The position numbers and the translations under genes are program-made. Positions 21,856 to 27,655 of a stretch of DNA of 27,655 bases are shown here, piece by piece; the first letter of the stretch is position 1; each line of letters opens with the position of its first letter. Under the pieces are notes generated by a model. The model was not told the origin of the DNA. It did no database searches and worked only from the letters and a program-made list of their open reading frames with translations. This DNA comes from Chiloscyllium plagiosum (taxonomy: Eukaryota), in the NCBI RefSeq assembly GCF_004010195.1, contig NC_057720.1, forward strand, positions 21,879,696 to 21,907,350, read 5' to 3'.

Positions 21856-21989
21856 CTATTCCAACCTGGCGTAAAAGTTGAATACATATAATCCAGCTGA
21901 TATTTCAGTAAAGTACTAAAGGTGTAGAAGAGATGTAACATTAAGGCACCTTCTGTCCTCTCAAGTACATAAAATGAATCTCATGGAGT

Positions 21990-22185
21990 TTTAGAATCAT
22001 AGAGTCATGCAACGTAGAAACAGACCCTTCGGTCCAATGAGTTCATACCGTTCATAACTCGTGACTAAACTAGTCCCATTTGCCTGTGTTTGACCGACAT
22101 CCTCACAAAACTTTCCTATTTATACATTTATTCAAACATCTTTTAACCATTGTAGCATCCACAACTTACTCTGGAAGTTCATTTG
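21990..22185 (-). mobile_element. CR1-like 3' UTR fragment
   Basis: TAGAATCATAGAGTCAT..AGAAACAGACCCTTCGGTCCAA..CTAGTCCCATTTGCCTG; parallels 18350-18380 and 18714-18880. Confidence 0.8.
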
Positions 22186-22300
22186 TTGTTTGAAGAGGAG
22201 AAGATGAGATCCCACCAGTATCCTGGAAGATATTTATTCCTCAATCAATATCAGCAAATCCAAAGATCTATTTATCCATCTCAAAATCTGTCTGTGGAAC
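22185..22300 (+). mobile_element. Deu-domain SINE relic
   Basis: TTTGAAGAGGAG...TCCTGGAAGATATTTATTCCTCAATCAATATCA; similar to 26205-26335. Confidence 0.55.
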
Positions 22301-22709
22301 CAGCTGAATGTTGTGATACCAACTACGGGTAGTTTCTGGTGAAGATAGAGTGCTGTCATCAATGTTCCTTTCTTTGCTGTGTCTACCACTACTGAGACTT
22401 AATGAGAAGATGTACCTGTCTTGCACTATAAATTGTAGTTTGTTGAAGTGTACAAGCTCTTTATTTCAATTTGTTGGTTACCTTCAAAATCTTCATTTAC
22501 CCTCTACGGTTGACTTCTTGAAGAACTAAACATTTTCACATCCTTAATAGTGTTACTGGAGTTCTACTGTTTTGAATTATTTTTGTCTTTGGTATTGATA
22601 GTTCTTCTTTCAAAGATGAAGGATCAAAATGATCCTCATGAACTGGTGTCAGTTTATCATTAGACACCAAAGTCTCACCTGCTGTATCAATTACCTTGCT
22701 CTGACTATC

Positions 22710-22935
22710 TCCAATGAGAGACAATCTAACTTTCACTACATAGCATTCACTAATATTACCAACGCTGAATCCCCCATGATCAACATCCTGGGAGTTACCA
22801 TTGACCTGAAATTGAACAACCATAAAAATTCTGTGGTTACGAGAGAAGATTGGAGGATGTCTTTCCACAGTCTATCCACCATATGCAAAATTGAAGTCTG
22901 GAATGGGATGTAATATTCTCTAATAACTGGATTGA
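22710..22935 (+). mobile_element. CR1/L2-type LINE RT C-terminal fragment
   Basis: ISNERQSNFHYIAFTNITNAESPMINILGVTIDLKLN...SLSTICK..V matches the LINE thumb motif LGV.ID.KL. Confidence 0.7.
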
Positions 22936-23599
22936 TATAACTTCAAGACTACTTAACTGGTGATTAATCTCTTTGGGATTTGTGACATCATAAAAGGCAC
23001 TTTATAAATGTACTTTTTTTTTACCCTTTGGAATTTCCTGCCAGGAAATCTGATCTCCCTTCAGTCAGGACAGGTCTCTTGTTCAATGGACTGTCCCTAC
23101 CATGACCCCAACCTATTTTCCTGGCTGGAGCCAGTACGTATAGTTCCAAATAGTGTTTGTCTTTTTGCAACACCAGAAACCAATACATTTTCTGTTACAG
23201 GACTCTCCAAAATAATTCATATTGCCATTTGCAAAGACCTCAATAAAGATTTTGTATCTACTGCTGCCATATTCCCTCACTGTGCCTCTTACTTTTTGCT
23301 AGTCGTTTTGGAGGGCCAGTAAAAGAAGGAGAAATTAATTGGCATTCAAGGCCTGTTGTTCTGCTTTGCCCATCTGTCCATGCCCTGTTACCATTTAAAT
23401 GTAGGAAGGGGTCAAAGAGTGGATGGTTGACATAATTACTACATGTTAAAAACAGATTATGAACAAAACTGTGTTGGGGTGATTAAAAAGCAGAGATCCA
23501 TGGTCATGTCATGAGCTTCAATTCAATTTGATTCTTTTCTCACGACCCAGTTTTCAAGGACCACTCAAAAAGGGGCAGTTTTCAAAAGGATGCCCTAGA

Positions 23600-23720
23600 A
23601 TAGTCAAATCTAGAGATAACAAAGGCAAGGATGAGAATTTCAACATCAGATGAGCTGAGGCAATAGCTAATTGAATGATAATATAGAGCTGCAAACAGCA
23701 GTCTTAGAGATGGAATGAAT
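23600..23720 (-). mobile_element. L2-like LINE relic
   Basis: AAAGGCAAGGATGAGAATTTCAACATCAGATGAGCTGAGGCA: the reverse strand reads CLSSSDVEILILAFVISRFDYS, like the L2 motif LIHAFVTSRLDYS. Confidence 0.6.
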
Positions 23721-26122
23721 ACAATGAATATCAATTCCATGTATTTTAATTGGTGCTGTTGCCATCAACTTAAATCTTAAGGCAGTGCAATAACCTCCAT
23801 GCCATTTAACTGGACAGAAGATTGACATGTGAGTACAAACTGAGAACTTCTTGGGATTATAAAATGATTCTGCTATTTGACCATGCTCAGCTGGTCAAAT
23901 AAAAACAGTAATATGTCACAAGATATAAGGCAATGTAAATCTATAATACAGGTGAAATTCTGGAGGTCAACTCATTGGCTTTAACAATATTGTTAATTTA
24001 GGACAAACATTGATCTTCTGTTAATACTCAATATTAAATAATCATTACAACTAAAGTAAAAACCTGAAGACTTGGAGTTGGAGTCAAGGAATTTTGTACA
24101 TTATATAATAGCTATGTACTGTCAAAGATATAAGTAGAAATGTGAGTTTTTACTGCACTTATGAATTTAAAAAGAACAGAAGCTTTTGAGGCAAGTATGA
24201 TTATTCCTATTGTGATTATGCAAATATTCCTTCATTGCCAAGATAACAACAGGCACAGATTCTAACTACTATCTTTGACATTCCAATTCCATTGTCTATA
24301 CAGCCATTGCTGAACTATAAGCTAGAGATTCTTGATGACCTGCCCTTTCAAATCATTGTTAGAAATCTCCAACTCCTCTTTCTTTTTCCCCCATTATCAC
24401 TTAGTGAACAGACATCTAATGATTCAAAAGGTTGTTTATACTCTGGACCGTTTGAGGTGCAGATATATATTTTATTCATATGATGCTTGCTGATTCAAGC
24501 AATGCAATTAAGTGTTCTTTCATAAATTACCTGCTGATTTGCACCAACATAACAGATCAGAATTTGAAAGTCAGTCTAATAATTTCCAAAATTTGTTTCA
24601 TGTTTTGCAAAAAAATTAAACCAAATGTTAAAATTGATTAAATTGACTTTATTAAAAATGTATGATCATAACCTTGAATGTCCTTGTGGGATATGTAATG
24701 ATTGCTATACATCAGAGTCTTCCAATAATTTGCCTCCAGAACGTAATACAATAATATTTATGTGGCAACAACATTTAAAACACACTCTCTGATTGATGTA
24801 TAGGGAGTTAAACAAATTACATTTTATAAATAAAAGAATTTATCCTATTCAATCCCAACTTTATTACTGAATAGTGCTTGTTTCTAGCTTGAATATTAAA
24901 CTGATATAACTAATGTGTGCTCGAGATCATTTGAAATGTGTTTCTTAAATGTACATTTCAAGTAAATTCCTTTGTTGCAAAATATGCAACAAAAACAGCA
25001 ATTTATTTTCATTAGTTGGTTCAGAGTTTCTGAAGTGAATTTTATTGTCCCTTTAGTTCACAGTTGTAACTGCTAGGAGCAAAAGAAAATATAGCTATCA
25101 ATCACCTACACATCTGTAAAGGCAGAGTAAAGCAATAATTATATATATAACTCAATTTGTAGACATGTGCATAAAATATGGCGTACAAATTAATCCAAAC
25201 CACAAATGTTAGTAAAAAGATTGATGCTGTAATTTACAAATATCTTTATACCAGCTTTACAGATTACGATCCCAAACTGAACCAAAAAGGACACCTCCTG
25301 TTTCCTCAACCTGATTTTTAATAAGCTTTCATTCACACGACCTTCCACCTGGTTTTCATGCTACCTGACTTTAGAAAAGGATATTTCACCCCATGCTCTC
25401 TTGCCCCCTTCGATATTGCTGTCGTGTCCCTCTTCATTTTAAAGCTCTGCCTCAACACCTGCCACTCCTCCCAACCACTTCCCCATCCACCACTGATATT
25501 CACCTTTACTTCTGACAGCGCCCTTGTTAATGATACTCTCCTCATGATCCCTACTCACCTGTTTCTTACGTTTCTCCAGGGGTCACGATCAGCACTGATG
25601 TATTGCTGATGGTGCTGAGAGTAATGGAAAGTTCTACAATTAAATATCAACCATGAGTTCATGAGTTTTGATATCAGGGCTCCAACTGCCAATTAGGAAT
25701 TGACTTTCTTTGAGTTTCCCAGAGAACAGGTTAAGAGATATTTTACTAGTTTTGTGGGTGGACAACACCCTTTATAATTTTAACCCAGAAAGATTTTAGT
25801 CAGGCTGTAAGAGGAAATAACCCACAAGCAAGAAACTCTGGATTGGCCAATATGTTTTCCATGTTGCTGCCTTTTTGCATCGATAAGTCTTCTGCAATTT
25901 TACTGGTTCAACCTTTTCAACCTTCAGTCTAGCTGAAGAATATCTCGTAAGTGGGCTCTTTTTGTTCATTGTTATCAAAAAGCTTAATTCTATTTTCTGA
26001 ATGGCTTTATTGTAGCTTGCAACAAAATGCAATATTTCTTTTTGAAACAAATATAAATAAGAGGGGTTTTCAAACACATAAGAAAGTGAAATGTAATGCT
26101 ATGTATACAAGGAATGAATTAC

Positions 26123-26164
26123 CTTTAGTAAAAACAGCCTATTTTGACTTAATTTAGGGCATCC
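26123..26164 (-). other. Candidate 42-nt micro-exon
   Basis: Acceptor CAATTTTCAG|G and donor AAG|GTAATT; 14 open codons GCPKLSQNRLFLLK. Short enough to arise by chance. Confidence 0.2.
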
Positions 26165-26204
26165 CTGAAAATTGACCAGGTTCTTGTTACTACAAAATGA
26201 TTTC

Positions 26205-26335
26205 AGGACACCCTATTTGCCCTCTCAGGTGAATGTATCCATTTCTCATACACTATTTCAAGGCAGAGAGTGTCTTGGCAAATATTTATCCTTTAATCAA
26301 GTCACAAAACTGATTATATGGCCATTATCAGAATT
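26205..26335 (+). mobile_element. Deu-domain SINE relic
   Basis: TGCCCTCTCAGGTGAATGTA...CACTATTTCAA...GTGTCTTGGCAAATATTTATCCTTTAATCAAGTCACAAAACTGATTATATGGCCATTATCA. Confidence 0.65.
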
Positions 26336-26569
26336 CTGGTTCCATTATTTGAGAACCAGGATTTCAAACCCAAGACTAATGTCATGATTTACCAGGCAGC
26401 TGGGATCCACAGGCTCTGAAATGCTCAAGAAACTTGTCATGTGTTAAGTTCCAAGAAGGACCAGGAAGGACAGTAAGGATAGAGAGCTGTTTCCTACCCA
26501 AAATGGCCAAAGATGTAATCATCACATCATGTGATTAAAGTGACAGTCCACCACACTTATACAAATTTG

Positions 26570-27200
26570 CAACAACTTTGAGAACCTGCAATGGGCACCT
26601 CAAAGTACTGGAGAAGAAACATTGGTGGTGTCTTTGCAAGATCCTTGTAGTCAGAAAAGTGGTCCAGTAGTATCATCCTCTCCCAAATGAACATGTATAT
26701 ATAAAGGTGCTACTCACTCTTAACCAGCCCCACACTATGAAATGTATCAGACCAGACCACTGAAGCAACTGTACTATACAGCTGGAGCAGGACATTCCAA
26801 GGAGTGAGACAATGGGAGGTAATGGTCTGGTGGTATTATTGCTAGAGTATTAATCCAGAGACCCTGGGTTCGAATCCTATCACAGCAGATGGGGAAATTT
26901 GAATTGAGTAAAAATATGGAATTAAGAATCAAATGAAACCATTGCTGATTGTCAGAAAAACTATCTGGTTCATTAATGTTCTTTAGAGAAGGAAGCTACT
27001 CATCCTATGTGTGACTCCAGACCAACAGCAATGTAGCTGATTTTTAGGATTTGAGTAATAACTGCAGGCCTAACCACTGACACCCTCATCTCATCAATGA
27101 ATGAATTGAAAATATCCTTAAGGCAGTCAAATGTCCCCAGCAACTAATGGCAACCAACTTGGAGAAGGTTTACTCAGGAAAACACTCGCCATATCGAGGG
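26570..27200 (+). mobile_element. RTE-clade LINE 3' relic, split by a SINE
   Basis: HLKVLEKKHWWCLCKIL resembles RTE HL..LE..H..CL..IL; also PLKQLYY. It resumes after the SINE at ~27105. Confidence 0.55.
26815..27105 (+). mobile_element. tRNA-headed SINE (second family)
   Basis: A box TGGTCTGGTGG at 26823-26833, B box GGTTCGAATCC at 26867-26877, (ATGA)n tail; homologs at 18100-18345 and ~21415-21575. Confidence 0.8.
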
Positions 27201-27231
27201 AAGTCATTACAAAAGTGCAGAGCAAAAAATA

Positions 27232-27386
27232 AAATTTGGAGAGGATGCAAAAAGGTTTGCTGGGATGTTCCCTGGTTTGAAATGTATTAGCTATAAGGAG
27301 AGGCTGAACAAACTTGAAAGAAGTGTATAAAATTATAAGAGAGATAGATAGGGTGGATAGTTAGAGACTTTTTACCAGGGTGGAAA
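27232..27386 (+). mobile_element. CR1 ORF2 C-terminal fragment
   Basis: LERMQKGLLGCS.. / PGLKCISYKERLNKL / EVYKIIREIDRVDS. Confidence 0.8.
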
Positions 27387-27492
27387 TAGAACATAGAACA
27401 TAGAACATAGAAGAATACAGCGCAGTACAGGCCCTTTGGCCCTCGATGTTGCGCCGATCCAAGCCCACCTAACCTACACTAGCCCACTAACC
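27387..27492 (-). mobile_element. Young HER1/CR1 3' tail, near-identical to 6560-6668
   Basis: (TAGAACA)x3 then TAGAAGAATACAGCGCAGTACAGGCCCTTTGGCCCTCGATGTTGCGCCGATCCAAGCCCACCTAACCTA; only a few mismatches over ~100 bp. Confidence 0.92.
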
Positions 27493-27655
27493 TCCAAATT
27501 CTGGATTAGTGGTGCTGGAAGAGCACAGCAATTCAGGCAGCATCCGAGGACAGGCAAAATCGACGTTTCGGGCAAAAGCCCTTCATCAGGAATAAAGGCA
27601 GAGAGCCTGAAGCATGGAGAGATAAGCTAGAGGAGGGTAGGGGTGGGGAGAGAGT
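27493..27655 (-). mobile_element. Penelope-like family B element, continuing beyond the window
   Basis: Family B tail GGATGCTGCCTGAATTGCTGTGCTCTTCCAGCACCAC on the minus strand, preceded by a hammerhead and a pyrimidine-rich UTR. Confidence 0.85.
27558..27593 (-). ncRNA. Minimal type-I hammerhead ribozyme (family B)
   Basis: Minus strand AUUC-CUGAUGA-A-GGGC-uuuu-GCCC-GAAA-CGUC-GAUU: intact core, stem II and palindrome; one U.U mismatch in stem I. Confidence 0.82.

Noticed and set aside
25330..25560. Plus-strand ORF 25358-25609 as a gene
   Set aside because: Pyrimidine-rich and probably an old L2-like relic; too degraded to call.

Overview
Eukaryotic, AT-rich, repeat-dense genomic DNA with no intact protein-coding gene visible. 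The repeat set (HE1-type tRNA SINEs, HER1/CR1 LINEs, Deu-domain SINE relics, several Penelope-like families) points to a cartilaginous fish (shark); this is inferred from recalled repeat families, not from a database search. The window is a nested mosaic of CR1, Rex1/Babar, RTE, L2-type, Tx1/L1 and Penelope-like retroelement fragments, SINEs, solo LTRs, a pogo/Tigger-like MITE and a decayed Harbinger transposase. Main points of interest: (1) six minimal type-I hammerhead ribozyme motifs (four with a complete core) from three Penelope-like families, several in short inserts with target-site duplications (TSDs); (2) three CR1/Penelope junctions, one replacing about 360 bp of a young CR1; (3) a perfect 74-bp duplication bracketing 48 bp of CR1-endonuclease-like DNA; (4) a low-confidence, stop-containing multi-exon gene relic on the minus strand that I cannot assign to a family.
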